64,000 nt of DNA from assembly GCA_001029635.1 (NCBI GenBank), contig CP011209.1:484970-548969 (forward strand). Reading direction: 5' to 3'. The notes under the pieces were generated by a model. It was given only the letters and a program-made list of their open reading frames with translations. It was not told the DNA's origin and did no database searches. Positions 34,055-42,905 of the stretch are shown here, piece by piece (positions within the stretch are counted from its first letter, which is position 1; each line of letters starts with the position of its first letter). A program made the position numbers and the translations under genes. Source of the DNA: Candidatus Wolfebacteria bacterium GW2011_GWB1_47_1. Lineage in GTDB: Bacteria > Patescibacteriota > Minisyncoccia > UBA6257 > UBA9933.

Positions 34055-36511
34055 ATGAGTAATATTTATATTCGGAAAATGGACCAGGTCGGCATCAAGG
34101 ATGTTGGCGAGGTCGGAGGTAAAAACGCTTCGCTTGGCGAAATGCTGCAGTATTTGGTCCCGCAGGGGGTCAACATCCCGGGCGGTTTTGTGGTCACCGC
34201 AAGCGCATATCGTTATTTTTTGGAAGAAACCGGCTTAAAAGAACTGATCAAAACAACACTGACCGGGTTGAATTCAAAAAACATCCCGCAATTGCAGAAA
34301 AAGTGTAAACTGATTCGTGAGGCCATCAAGAAGGCCGAGTTTCCTGCCGATATGCAAAAGCAGATCGAGGACGCATATCGCGATATGGAGAAGACCTATG
34401 GTAAGAATGTTGACGTTGCCGTGCGTTCATCAGCGACCGCAGAAGACCTTCCTGGCGCATCGTTTGCCGGAGAGCATGAAACGTTCTTAAACATCCGTGG
34501 AGCAAAGGATGTTGCGGTTGCCGTGCGCGCAGCTATGGCATCGCTCTTTACTGATCGAGCGACCAGCTATCGTGTCGATAAGGGATTTGACCACTTTCAA
34601 GTGGCATTATCCGTTGGTGTGCAGAAGATGGTCCGCTCCGATCTTGGTAGTTCGGGTGTCATGTTCTCAATTGATACCGAGTCAGGATTTAAGGATACGG
34701 TTGTGGTTAACGCCGTATGGGGATTAGGAGAAATGATCGTGCAGGGAGAAGTCACGCCTGACGAATTCCTTGTATTTAAGCCGACGTTGAAGACTATGGT
34801 TGGTGGCAAGAATGCAGCCATGAATCCGATCATCGACAAGAAACTTGCCCTAAAAGATGCGAAGATGATCTATGACACGGGCGCAAAGGCCGTGCAGCAG
34901 ACCAAGATCATCAAGACGACTCCAAAGGAGCGCGATTCGTTCGTATTGGGCGATAAGGAAATATTGCAGCTCTCCCAGTGGGGCGTATTGATTGAAGATC
35001 ACTATACCAAGGTACATGGCAAGTGGACTCCGATGGATATGGAATGGGCACGTGACGGAAAGACCGGCGAATTGTTTATTGTGCAGGCTCGACCGGAGAC
35101 CATTCATGCAGAGCGCGATTTCTCCAAGGTGAAGGAATACGTCCTTGAAGAAAAGGCGACTCCTATCGTGACGGGTATTTCTGTTGGTAGTAAGATCGCG
35201 AATGGCAAGGTGCACATGATCATGAGCGTAAAGAATATTACCCAATTCAAACAGGGAGAAGTGCTCGTGACTGACATGACCGACCCTGATTGGGAACCGA
35301 TCATGAAGATCGCTTCGGCAATCGTGACTGACAAGGGTGGGCGCACATCGCACGCTGCGATCGTGTCCCGCGAACTTGGTATCCCGTGTATTGTTGGAAG
35401 TCTTGACGCAACCAAAAAGCTTAAGAGTGGTAAAATGATCACCGTTGATACGACCGGTACCGAAGGATATGTCTACGACGGCGCAGTGAAGTTTAGCGTG
35501 CGCGAGCATGACATCAAGAAGATCGCAAAGCCGAAGACCAAGATCACGATGAACATCGCGACCCCGGATACGGCATTTGAAAAGTCGTTCCTTCCGAATG
35601 ACGGCGTCGGATTGCTTCGCGAAGAATTTATTATCGCAGGATCGATCGGCATTCATCCAAACGCGCTTTTGAACTATAAGAAGCTGCAGGCGCAAGCAAA
35701 GAAGAACGATAAAGTTGCCAAGAAGATCGTCGCTGAGATCGATAAGAAGACCGTTGGCTACGATGATAAGGTGCAATTCTATATTGACAAGCTTTCCTAT
35801 GGTATCGGCAAGATTGGAGCAGCATTCTATCCGAAGCAGGTCATCGTTCGTTTTTCGGACTTTAAGACAAACGAATACCGTACATTAATTGGCGGAGAGC
35901 TTTATGAGCCGAAGGAAGAAAATCCAATGATCGGATGGCGTGGTGCTTCCCGATACTATCATCCGGATTTTTCTGACGCATTTGTGCTTGAGCTAAAGGC
36001 TATCAAGAAGGTGCGTGAAACGATGGGCTTGGATAACGTTCACGTCATGATCCCGTTCTGCCGTACGGTCGAAGAGGGAAAGAAGAACCTTGCGATTATG
36101 GAGGCAAATGGCCTCGGCAAGAAGACTGGCATTAAGACGTACGTTATGTGCGAGATCCCGGCAAACGTCATTCTTGCGGATAAGTTCCTCGACATCTTTG
36201 ACGGTATGAGTATTGGGTCGAATGACTTGACTCAGCTTACGGTGGGCATTGATCGCGACGGAAACGAGAAGATCAAATATATCACCAATGAAAAGGACGA
36301 ATCGGTCAAGGTGCTTATCCAGGATGTCATTAAAAAGTGTCGTGCGCGTGGAAAGTATATCGGCATTTGCGGACAGGCGCCGAGCGACTATCCTGATTTC
36401 GCCCAGTTTCTCGTGGAGGCAGGCATCGAGACTATTTCGCTTAACCCGGATACGGTTGTGAAGACCACGATGGCGATTGCAGAAAAAGAAGCTTCGTTAA
36501 AAAAGAAGTAA
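34055..36511 (+). CDS. ppsA: Phosphoenolpyruvate synthase / pyruvate, water dikinase
   Basis: N-terminal ATP-grasp (VGGKNASLGEM), central phospho-His domain TDKGGRTSHAAIVSRELGIPCIVG, C-terminal PEP-utilising TIM barrel. Confidence 0.9.
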   Translation: MSNIYIRKMDQVGIKDVGEVGGKNASLGEMLQYLVPQGVNIPGGFVVTASAYRYFLEETGLKELIKTTLTGLNSKNIPQLQKKCKLIREAIKKAEFPADMQKQIEDAYRDMEKTYGKNVDVAVRSSATAEDLPGASFAGEHETFLNIRGAKDVAVAVRAAMASLFTDRATSYRVDKGFDHFQVALSVGVQKMVRSDLGSSGVMFSIDTESGFKDTVVVNAVWGLGEMIVQGEVTPDEFLVFKPTLKTMVGGKNAAMNPIIDKKLALKDAKMIYDTGAKAVQQTKIIKTTPKERDSFVLGDKEILQLSQWGVLIEDHYTKVHGKWTPMDMEWARDGKTGELFIVQARPETIHAERDFSKVKEYVLEEKATPIVTGISVGSKIANGKVHMIMSVKNITQFKQGEVLVTDMTDPDWEPIMKIASAIVTDKGGRTSHAAIVSRELGIPCIVGSLDATKKLKSGKMITVDTTGTEGYVYDGAVKFSVREHDIKKIAKPKTKITMNIATPDTAFEKSFLPNDGVGLLREEFIIAGSIGIHPNALLNYKKLQAQAKKNDKVAKKIVAEIDKKTVGYDDKVQFYIDKLSYGIGKIGAAFYPKQVIVRFSDFKTNEYRTLIGGELYEPKEENPMIGWRGASRYYHPDFSDAFVLELKAIKKVRETMGLDNVHVMIPFCRTVEEGKKNLAIMEANGLGKKTGIKTYVMCEIPANVILADKFLDIFDGMSIGSNDLTQLTVGIDRDGNEKIKYITNEKDESVKVLIQDVIKKCRARGKYIGICGQAPSDYPDFAQFLVEAGIETISLNPDTVVKTTMAIAEKEASLKKK

Positions 36512-36512
36512 G

Positions 36513-36642
36513 TATAAAAACCGTTCGCTTCGCGAATTACTGCGTTGCGGGTCCCCGGCGCTTCGGTCGTCGTACCAGTAAGTACGCTTTCCTTGCGTCG
36601 CTCCCGCGCCTCGTACTTCATCAAAGTGAACGGTTTTTATAC
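36513..36642 (+). ncRNA. Structured intergenic element, copy C
   Basis: Core ttgcgggtcccc...gtaccagtaagtac...ctcccgcgcc. Perfect 14-bp outer stem tataaaaaccgttc / gaacggtttttata. Starts 2 nt after the ppsA stop. Confidence 0.55.
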
Positions 36643-36685
36643 CTTTCTGCGATTTCTGGTAAAATTATATTTAATCTAGAAAAAC

Positions 36686-36979
36686 GTGATCGACTTTACT
36701 CAAATACTCGCAGTAGTGGCAGGGTTCATGGGGATTCTTATGGGCTTCGCTAACATTCCGCAGGCGCTAAAAATCTATAGGACTCGGAGTGCTAAGGATG
36801 TTTCGGGGCTTACCTACGGCATCCTGTCGGGCGGATATTTTGTGTTGCTATTGTATAGTATTTCGCTCGACAACTTCGCGCTGGTTGTCACGAATCTATT
36901 CGGCCTATTGGGCGTAGGTCTGGTGCTTTCCGGCATCATCCGCTATGAAAAGAAAGGGAAGAGACATCGGGGAATATGA
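36686..36979 (+). CDS. SemiSWEET-family small sugar transporter (3-TM PQ-loop protein)
   Basis: 97 aa with three TM helices and the PQ motif (ANIPQALKIYRTRSAKDVS) at the end of TM1, as in bacterial SemiSWEETs. Confidence 0.55.
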   Translation: MIDFTQILAVVAGFMGILMGFANIPQALKIYRTRSAKDVSGLTYGILSGGYFVLLLYSISLDNFALVVTNLFGLLGVGLVLSGIIRYEKKGKRHRGI

Positions 36980-37063
36980 AGGAGAGATAGTTAGTTCTCC
37001 AGAAGGGAAGTTTGTTAGGGTATATAATGCGTGTAACGCTTTGTTTTTGAGAACGTATACTAT

Positions 37064-37621
37064 ATGAAGAATGACACAATGAATCAGGCTAGTGAACAGT
37101 TTAAAACAATGGCAGCCCGGCTCAAGCGGGGCGATATTGGCGCAGGCGAGGAGGCATTCACTTATTTTAGCCCGCTTTTGTACCGCTTCTTTCTGGCGCG
37201 TCTTACTCATCGGACTATCGCCGAAGATCTGACGCAGGACGTATTTTTTAAGATTATTGCGAAGATTGATACATTTGACGAAGAGAAGGGTAATTTCCCC
37301 GGGTGGATCTGGCAGATTGCGCGCAATACGCTCATCGATCATTATCGGGATAAAAAGGAGATCGCGTTCGCGGATGCCGGCGAGGGCATTGAGGAGATCG
37401 CCTCCGCTGTCGATGATGTCGATCAACGTATGCGCGTGCAGAATATTATGCTTGCGGTGCATCAGCTGAGCGAGGAAGAGCAGGAATTGTTCTCGTTGCG
37501 GTATGTATCAGATGTTTCCTATAAGGATATGAGCGGCATGTTGGGCAGATCGGAATCGGCGTTGCGCGTCGCGGTGCACCGGCTCAACATTAAAGTAAAA
37601 GACATTATCATCGAATCATGA
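37064..37621 (+). CDS. ECF-type RNA polymerase sigma-70 family factor
   Basis: Region 2 (DLTQDVFFKIIAKIDTFDEEKGNFPGWIWQIARNTLIDHYRDKKE) and region 4 (ELFSLRYVSDVSYKDMSGMLGRSESALRVAVHRL). Confidence 0.8.
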   Translation: MKNDTMNQASEQFKTMAARLKRGDIGAGEEAFTYFSPLLYRFFLARLTHRTIAEDLTQDVFFKIIAKIDTFDEEKGNFPGWIWQIARNTLIDHYRDKKEIAFADAGEGIEEIASAVDDVDQRMRVQNIMLAVHQLSEEEQELFSLRYVSDVSYKDMSGMLGRSESALRVAVHRLNIKVKDIIIES

Positions 37622-38502
37622 AAATAGTGGTAGATACAATTAAGGAAGTGCAATCTCGTCGACTATTGAAGCGTTCCTTTGCGCCGCGTGAAGAATTCAT
37701 GAACAACACACGTGAGCTGTTTTTGGCCGAGGTTGCCAAGCGTCGCGTTGCACCGTACGCGCCGCAGCTTGCATGGTATATGTTTGGCATGCGCACGCTG
37801 CGGTATTCTATTGCGTTTGCCGTTATAGCTCTCGTTGGTACGTCGGGGCTTGTCGCTTATGCTGACGGTACGAATGTTGCCGTAGATAGTCCTCTGTATT
37901 CGTTAAAGCGTGTAGGGGAACAGGTTCGTTTGACCGTTGCACCTGCGGCAAAGGAGGTTGAGGTTTATCGGGAATTGGCCGAACGCCGGGCAAATGAATT
38001 CATTCAGATCGAAACAAAAAAGAAGCCAGACAATAGTGATACCCTGGATGCATTACGCAAATTGGAGGATACGGAAAAAGAGCTTCGTTCCGCCTTTCGC
38101 AAAAATATTGAAGCGCTCAATGATTATAGTGATTTGCGTAACACTGTTCCAGCTACTGTTGACTTTGGTCTTTGTCAGGCGGCGCAGCTCGTCGATCGGC
38201 GCGGGGACAATGGCAAGTCGGATCAATACAAGCGATTTGAAGACCAATGCGAACGGCTTATGGGGGATAATTTTAACGATAACCGCGATCGTAGTATGCG
38301 AGCGGGAGGCGATTCGCGTACCACTTCCCCTGTTGATCTAATAGACGATCGTGGAGGGGAAAATAATAATCGTGTAATCGACAATCCATCTGCTCGAACT
38401 TCGGGCAGGGGCGATCCTATTCGTCAGGACGACAGTAAGGATCGTGATCGAGGAGGGAGTAGAACAAACAACCATGATGAGATTCGTGAAGAAAGGGATT
38501 GA
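37618..38502 (+). CDS. Putative anti-sigma / DUF5667-like membrane protein with an Asp/Arg-rich C-terminal tail
   Basis: Overlaps the sigma stop (ATGA). One TM (IAFAVIALVGTSGLVAYA), then an extracytoplasmic helical region and a low-complexity D/R/G/N tail. Confidence 0.45.
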   Translation: MKIVVDTIKEVQSRRLLKRSFAPREEFMNNTRELFLAEVAKRRVAPYAPQLAWYMFGMRTLRYSIAFAVIALVGTSGLVAYADGTNVAVDSPLYSLKRVGEQVRLTVAPAAKEVEVYRELAERRANEFIQIETKKKPDNSDTLDALRKLEDTEKELRSAFRKNIEALNDYSDLRNTVPATVDFGLCQAAQLVDRRGDNGKSDQYKRFEDQCERLMGDNFNDNRDRSMRAGGDSRTTSPVDLIDDRGGENNNRVIDNPSARTSGRGDPIRQDDSKDRDRGGSRTNNHDEIREERD

Positions 38503-38616
38503 TCTATGTATAAAAACACACACCTATGGTGTGCGTTTTGTTGACGGTTGAGTATCAACTATGGTACATACAAAGAAGCACTATTCAATAATCAAGGTAC
38601 TGCAAGGAGGCTCCTG

Positions 38617-39009
38617 ATGTCTTTTAAGAAAGTGAAGAACAGCTCGCATTTAGATGAATTCCGAAGGCGGGCGCAATTGAAATTGATGCCGCATGCTCCG
38701 ATGATCAGGCTGCATCGAGAGTCGGCGCGATCCCAGTACGGGCATTTGCCCACCATAGAATCGCTCGCAGTCTTGACCCCTCTGGGGCATTACAAGACCA
38801 AGGCACTGGAGCTTGGATGGGACCCGCAGATCATCATGTGTGCCGTCGCTGCTTATTTGACTCAGCATGCCAACAATCACGCGTTCCATAACCAGAACGA
38901 CCAGCCGATCGGCAGTCGTATGTATGAGGCAATGCGGGAAATTATCGGCGAGCGATGCTGCGGGAAGAGGGATCAGATGCGTATCTTCAACGAAACGTTT
39001 ATACTCTAA
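38617..39009 (+). CDS. Hypothetical protein
   Basis: ATG 38617 is preceded by RBS aaggagg (8-nt spacer). The earlier ORF-track start lacks an RBS. Confidence 0.45.
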   Translation: MSFKKVKNSSHLDEFRRRAQLKLMPHAPMIRLHRESARSQYGHLPTIESLAVLTPLGHYKTKALELGWDPQIIMCAVAAYLTQHANNHAFHNQNDQPIGSRMYEAMREIIGERCCGKRDQMRIFNETFIL

Positions 39010-39026
39010 CCTAGGAGGAGAGTATT

Positions 39027-39482
39027 ATGTTCAAGCGCAATAATCAGTTCGTCATTTCGCAATCCGATCGACCGGTAGGGTTGTATCGTTTAGTGCGAGA
39101 GCAGTCGCACGCTGTTCTTATTCCCACTGTTCCGCTCGAGTACGTCGTGGCGGATCTTCATCGGCTCATTCGTGAAAACGACGTTGCTCATTTGCAGCTG
39201 ACGTCGTTCGGGGCCCTTCTGGAGTCGATCAAAGCCGTACCGGTAGCACTCGACATTATTGCGTACAAGCTGTTTCTTTATGTCGATACCGATATGAGCT
39301 TCCACCAGTTTTTGGCACACTACGCCCGCGTTCCCGACCGGTGTCCCGCTTGTCAGCGCGCGATCGACCGCTTCGTCATTGATGAGCGGCTCGAGCACAT
39401 CATTGCATGTCAGCGACGTAGCATTCGCTCGGTTGTTGTGGCAGTTGCCAAGGGGTTGGAGCGGCCGCGATCGTCGACCTGA
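39027..39482 (+). CDS. Hypothetical protein with a CPACQ zinc-knuckle-like motif
   Basis: RBS ctaggaggagag precedes the ATG. Co-directional with the previous gene, 17 bp away. Followed by a strong terminator. Confidence 0.45.
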   Translation: MFKRNNQFVISQSDRPVGLYRLVREQSHAVLIPTVPLEYVVADLHRLIRENDVAHLQLTSFGALLESIKAVPVALDIIAYKLFLYVDTDMSFHQFLAHYARVPDRCPACQRAIDRFVIDERLEHIIACQRRSIRSVVVAVAKGLERPRSST

Positions 39483-39485
39483 GAT

Positions 39486-39522
39486 TGTCCGTAGGGGGGG
39501 TGCTATACACCCCCCTTTTTGT
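39486..39522 (+). terminator. Rho-independent terminator (gtagggggggtgctatacacccccctttttg)
   Basis: Long G/C stem plus T-run. Confidence 0.7.
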
Positions 39523-39562
39523 ATCTTGGGATAAAGTGCGATATGCTGGAGCATAGCGTTTT

Positions 39563-40714
39563 ATGTCTACGGAGAAGAAAGAACGGGTGAATATTCTATC
39601 GATCGAAACGAGCTGTGACGAAACGGCGCTTTCTTTTGTTACGGCAAGCGGGGGATTGGAAAAGCCGACATTTACGGTTCATGGCGACGTGGTCGCTTCG
39701 CAGATCAAATTGCATCAGCCATATGGAGGGGTTGTTCCGGCACTCGCAAAGCGAGCGCATTTGGAGAACTTGCCGCTATTGTTTGCTCAAGTTGTTCGAG
39801 GGGGTGTCACCCCGGCGGAGGCCGGGGTCCAGGAGGGTTTAGATTCCGGCCTCCGCCGGAATGACAACAGTGAGATATCGGCGCAAGAAGTTGAGCAGTT
39901 TATGGAGCAATTGGACTTTATCACGGTGACTGTTGGTCCCGGATTAGAGCCTGCATTGTGGGCGGGTATCGAGTTTGCAAAGCAGCTTGCGGAGAAGCAT
40001 AGTAAGCCGCTTATCGGAACAAACCATTTGGAAGGTCATTTGTATAGTATCCTTGTCTCTACGAAGCAATACGATGTTGCATCGATCTTTCCCGCAATCG
40101 CATTGATTGTAAGTGGAGGGCACACGTTGTTGCTCAAGATGGATGATTTGACGACATTTAAGAAGATTGGCGAGACCGTAGATGATGCCGTTGGCGAAGC
40201 GTTCGATAAGGTCGCGCGCATGATCGACTTGCCGTATCCGGGCGGACCGGAAATAGAACGATTAGCAAAGGAGGGTAACGCGATGGCGATCGATTTCCCG
40301 CGTCCGATGATCGGGCATAAAAATTATAACTTCAGTTTTTCAGGGTTAAAGACATCGGTATTGTATCATTTGCGTGACCTTGCAAAGGCGGGTAAGGAAA
40401 TCCCGAAGGCGGATGTCGCTGCAAGCTTTCAAAAAGCGGCTTCTGATGTGTTAATCAAAAAGACGTTGCGCGCTGCCGAAGAATTTGACGCCAAATCGAT
40501 CATGATCTCGGGCGGCGTGTCCGCGAACCGCACCTTGCGTGCATCGTTTGCCGATGCGATCGAAAAGAAATTCAAAGCGAAAAAGGATAAGCCGATCCTT
40601 ATTGTCAGTGAATTTTCTACCGACAATGCACTGATGATCGCGGCTTCGGGATACATCGATTATCTGAGAGGGAAGAAGTATAAGTTGGAGGCCAACGGTA
40701 ATCTTAATCTGTGA
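39563..40714 (+). CDS. tsaD: tRNA N6-adenosine threonylcarbamoyltransferase TsaD (Kae1/Gcp family) with an about 25-aa palindromic insertion
   Basis: LSIETSCDETALSFV, HLEGHLYS and GGVSAN motifs. Insertion GGVTPAEAGVQEGLDSGLRRND between the first His region and the VTVGPGL block. Confidence 0.85.
   Translation: MSTEKKERVNILSIETSCDETALSFVTASGGLEKPTFTVHGDVVASQIKLHQPYGGVVPALAKRAHLENLPLLFAQVVRGGVTPAEAGVQEGLDSGLRRNDNSEISAQEVEQFMEQLDFITVTVGPGLEPALWAGIEFAKQLAEKHSKPLIGTNHLEGHLYSILVSTKQYDVASIFPAIALIVSGGHTLLLKMDDLTTFKKIGETVDDAVGEAFDKVARMIDLPYPGGPEIERLAKEGNAMAIDFPRPMIGHKNYNFSFSGLKTSVLYHLRDLAKAGKEIPKADVAASFQKAASDVLIKKTLRAAEEFDAKSIMISGGVSANRTLRASFADAIEKKFKAKKDKPILIVSEFSTDNALMIAASGYIDYLRGKKYKLEANGNLNL
39798..39868. 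repeat. REP-like palindromic unit inserted in-frame inside tsaD
   Basis: gtcaccccggcggaggccgg ... ccggcctccgccggaatgacaa. The arms are 14-bp perfect inverted repeats and share the GTCAYYCCSGCGGAGGCSGGRATGACAA consensus with 5529-5560. Local GC spike. Confidence 0.6.
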
Positions 40715-40761
40715 GCATGTACGTCTTGCGATGACGTACATGGCTATGAAATGAAACATAC

Positions 40762-41835
40762 ATGTTTTCTTATCTACGACATTTTGATTGGAAGTTGAAC
40801 GGCGCGGTTGCGCTTCTTTCGCTTGCGAGTCTTGTTGGTTTGGCGAGTATTAGTATGGATTTGTTCTGGAAACAGCTGCTATTTATCGTAATCGGCCTTG
40901 TGCTTATGCTGTTCGTTACCTATTTCGACTGGCGGTCATTTGCAAATTATCGAGGTGTTATTTTGGGCGTGTATGGAGTGGCTATTTTTTTGCTGATATT
41001 AACGCTTATTATCGCTCCTGAAATTCGCGGGAATAAGGCGTGGATCCCTATCGGACCATTTCAATTCCAGGCATCGGTGTTTGCGAATCTTGCGCTCATC
41101 ATCGTCCTGGCGAGTTTTTTCCGTAAAGGGCATCGGAGTATTGCTCATCTTTCTACCTTGGCGAAATCATTTATATATTTCGCCATTCCTGCCGGGTTGG
41201 TCTATCTGCAACCTGACCTCGGATCTGTATTACTTATGTTCTCGGTATGGTTCGGATTTGTACTGGTTTCGGGTATTCGATGGCGTCATTTGGTCGCCGC
41301 GTTCATGATCTTCGCCGTTATTGGCGCTCTGGGCTGGGCGGTATTTCTTAAGCCGTATCAGAAGGATCGCATCGTGGGCGTATTCTTCCCTGACCGTGAT
41401 GTTTTAGGGGTTAATTATAATGTGATTCAGGCAAAAATCGCCATCGGATCGGCGGGATTGTTTGGAAAAGGGTTTGGGCAAGGTACGCAGGTGCAACTTG
41501 GGTTTTTGCCTGAAGCACATACGGATTTTATCTTTTCTGGCATTACCGAAGAATGGGGATTGATCACCGGGTTTCTCCTAATCGGTGCATTTTTCTGGAT
41601 AATCGTGCGTATTGTTGCTATCGGACTTGTTGAGCGGAATAGCTTCAGTCAGTTTATTTGTCTAGGGATAGCACTGTTTCTGTTGGCAAACTTTGTATTC
41701 AATACCGGCTCAAATATCGGACTCGTTCCGGTTATCGGTGTCCCGTATCCGTTCTTGAGCTATGGCGGATCCCATATCCTCGCAGAATTCATCTTATTGG
41801 GTATGATCCAATCGATCAAATTACGAAACGCATGA
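40762..41835 (+). CDS. FtsW/RodA/SpoVE (SEDS) family peptidoglycan glycosyltransferase
   Basis: 10-TM layout. PEAHTDFIFSGITEEWGLITG and YGGSHIL motifs typical of SEDS proteins. Confidence 0.85.
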   Translation: MFSYLRHFDWKLNGAVALLSLASLVGLASISMDLFWKQLLFIVIGLVLMLFVTYFDWRSFANYRGVILGVYGVAIFLLILTLIIAPEIRGNKAWIPIGPFQFQASVFANLALIIVLASFFRKGHRSIAHLSTLAKSFIYFAIPAGLVYLQPDLGSVLLMFSVWFGFVLVSGIRWRHLVAAFMIFAVIGALGWAVFLKPYQKDRIVGVFFPDRDVLGVNYNVIQAKIAIGSAGLFGKGFGQGTQVQLGFLPEAHTDFIFSGITEEWGLITGFLLIGAFFWIIVRIVAIGLVERNSFSQFICLGIALFLLANFVFNTGSNIGLVPVIGVPYPFLSYGGSHILAEFILLGMIQSIKLRNA

Positions 41836-42869
41836 ATATATTATTTACATTACTAAAGCGGTTTTTTTCCGTAAGTCTCCTTTTTTTCGGTATCATGGTC
41901 ATATTGCTCGCTTGGGTTCTTTTTGCTCGCGAGCTTAAGCCTATGGCTATGGATGAGATTACGGAATATACCATTGAATACACTGTTCGTCCGGGCATGG
42001 GGCTTCGTGACATTGCGAAAGAATTGGAAGACCAGCACATTATCCGATCTAAGTATGCATTTCAAACGTATTCAGTCCTGAGGCAGAAGGCGAATGGATT
42101 CCAGCCGGGAATCTATACGGTAGGACCTGCCCAATCCGTCTCTGAGATCGTCTCTCTATTAACCAAGGGCCCGCTTGAGGTTGAGATACTCATCACGCCA
42201 GGTATGACTATGATCGAGATTGAAGACATAATGGTCGTTTCGAATGTACTTGAAGAAGGGGATCTAACTAGGTTTCCCGTAGACATGATCCGGGAGCAAT
42301 ATCCTTTTCTTGGTAATGCGCAGATCCTCGAAGGATTCCTTTTCCCGGACACCTATCGATTCTATCCACATTCCGACCCTTTGATCGTCGTGGGCAAGAT
42401 TTTAGACCATTTTGAGTCTCAGGTAGGACCCCTCTTGACAGACTTGCGTAATTCTAAAAATAATGATACTATTCATTGGCTTATCCTCGCATCAATATTA
42501 GAGAAGGAAGTGACAAACAAAAAAGAGGCCCAAACAGTCGCCGGTATCTTTGAGAAACGGTTGGCAATAGGCATGCCGCTGCAGGTCGACGCATCGATTA
42601 TCTATGCGAAATGCAGACGGTTTATTAGTTGCCCCACATTGACCCGAGCTGATTTTAAGATTGAGTCTCCGTATAACACCTACTTACACAAGGGGTTACC
42701 ACCTACGCCAATTACCAACCCCGGACTTGATGCGATAAGCGCGGCACGTTCACCAGTTCGTTCGAATTACCTGTATTACTTGTCTGATCCTCAGACCAAG
42801 AAAACCATATTCTCGAAATCGTTTGACGAACACAATGCGAACCGAACTAAATACTTACTCAACCAATAA
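41832..42869 (+). CDS. mltG: Endolytic murein transglycosylase MltG (YceG-like)
   Basis: N-terminal TM, YceG domain with GLPPTPITNPGLDAI. Start ATG 41832 overlaps the ftsW stop. The ORF-track start 41658 is inside ftsW. Confidence 0.8.
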   Translation: MNILFTLLKRFFSVSLLFFGIMVILLAWVLFARELKPMAMDEITEYTIEYTVRPGMGLRDIAKELEDQHIIRSKYAFQTYSVLRQKANGFQPGIYTVGPAQSVSEIVSLLTKGPLEVEILITPGMTMIEIEDIMVVSNVLEEGDLTRFPVDMIREQYPFLGNAQILEGFLFPDTYRFYPHSDPLIVVGKILDHFESQVGPLLTDLRNSKNNDTIHWLILASILEKEVTNKKEAQTVAGIFEKRLAIGMPLQVDASIIYAKCRRFISCPTLTRADFKIESPYNTYLHKGLPPTPITNPGLDAISAARSPVRSNYLYYLSDPQTKKTIFSKSFDEHNANRTKYLLNQ

Positions 42870-42905
42870 CTCGTAAAAGCCGTCGAATAACGGTTATTTG
42901 TTTTT

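Noticed and set aside
41658-41831. Upstream extension of mltG overlapping ftsW by 178 nt
   Set aside because: The frame runs through ftsW coding sequence. ATG 41832 overlapping the ftsW stop (ATGA) gives a canonical MltG N-terminal TM.
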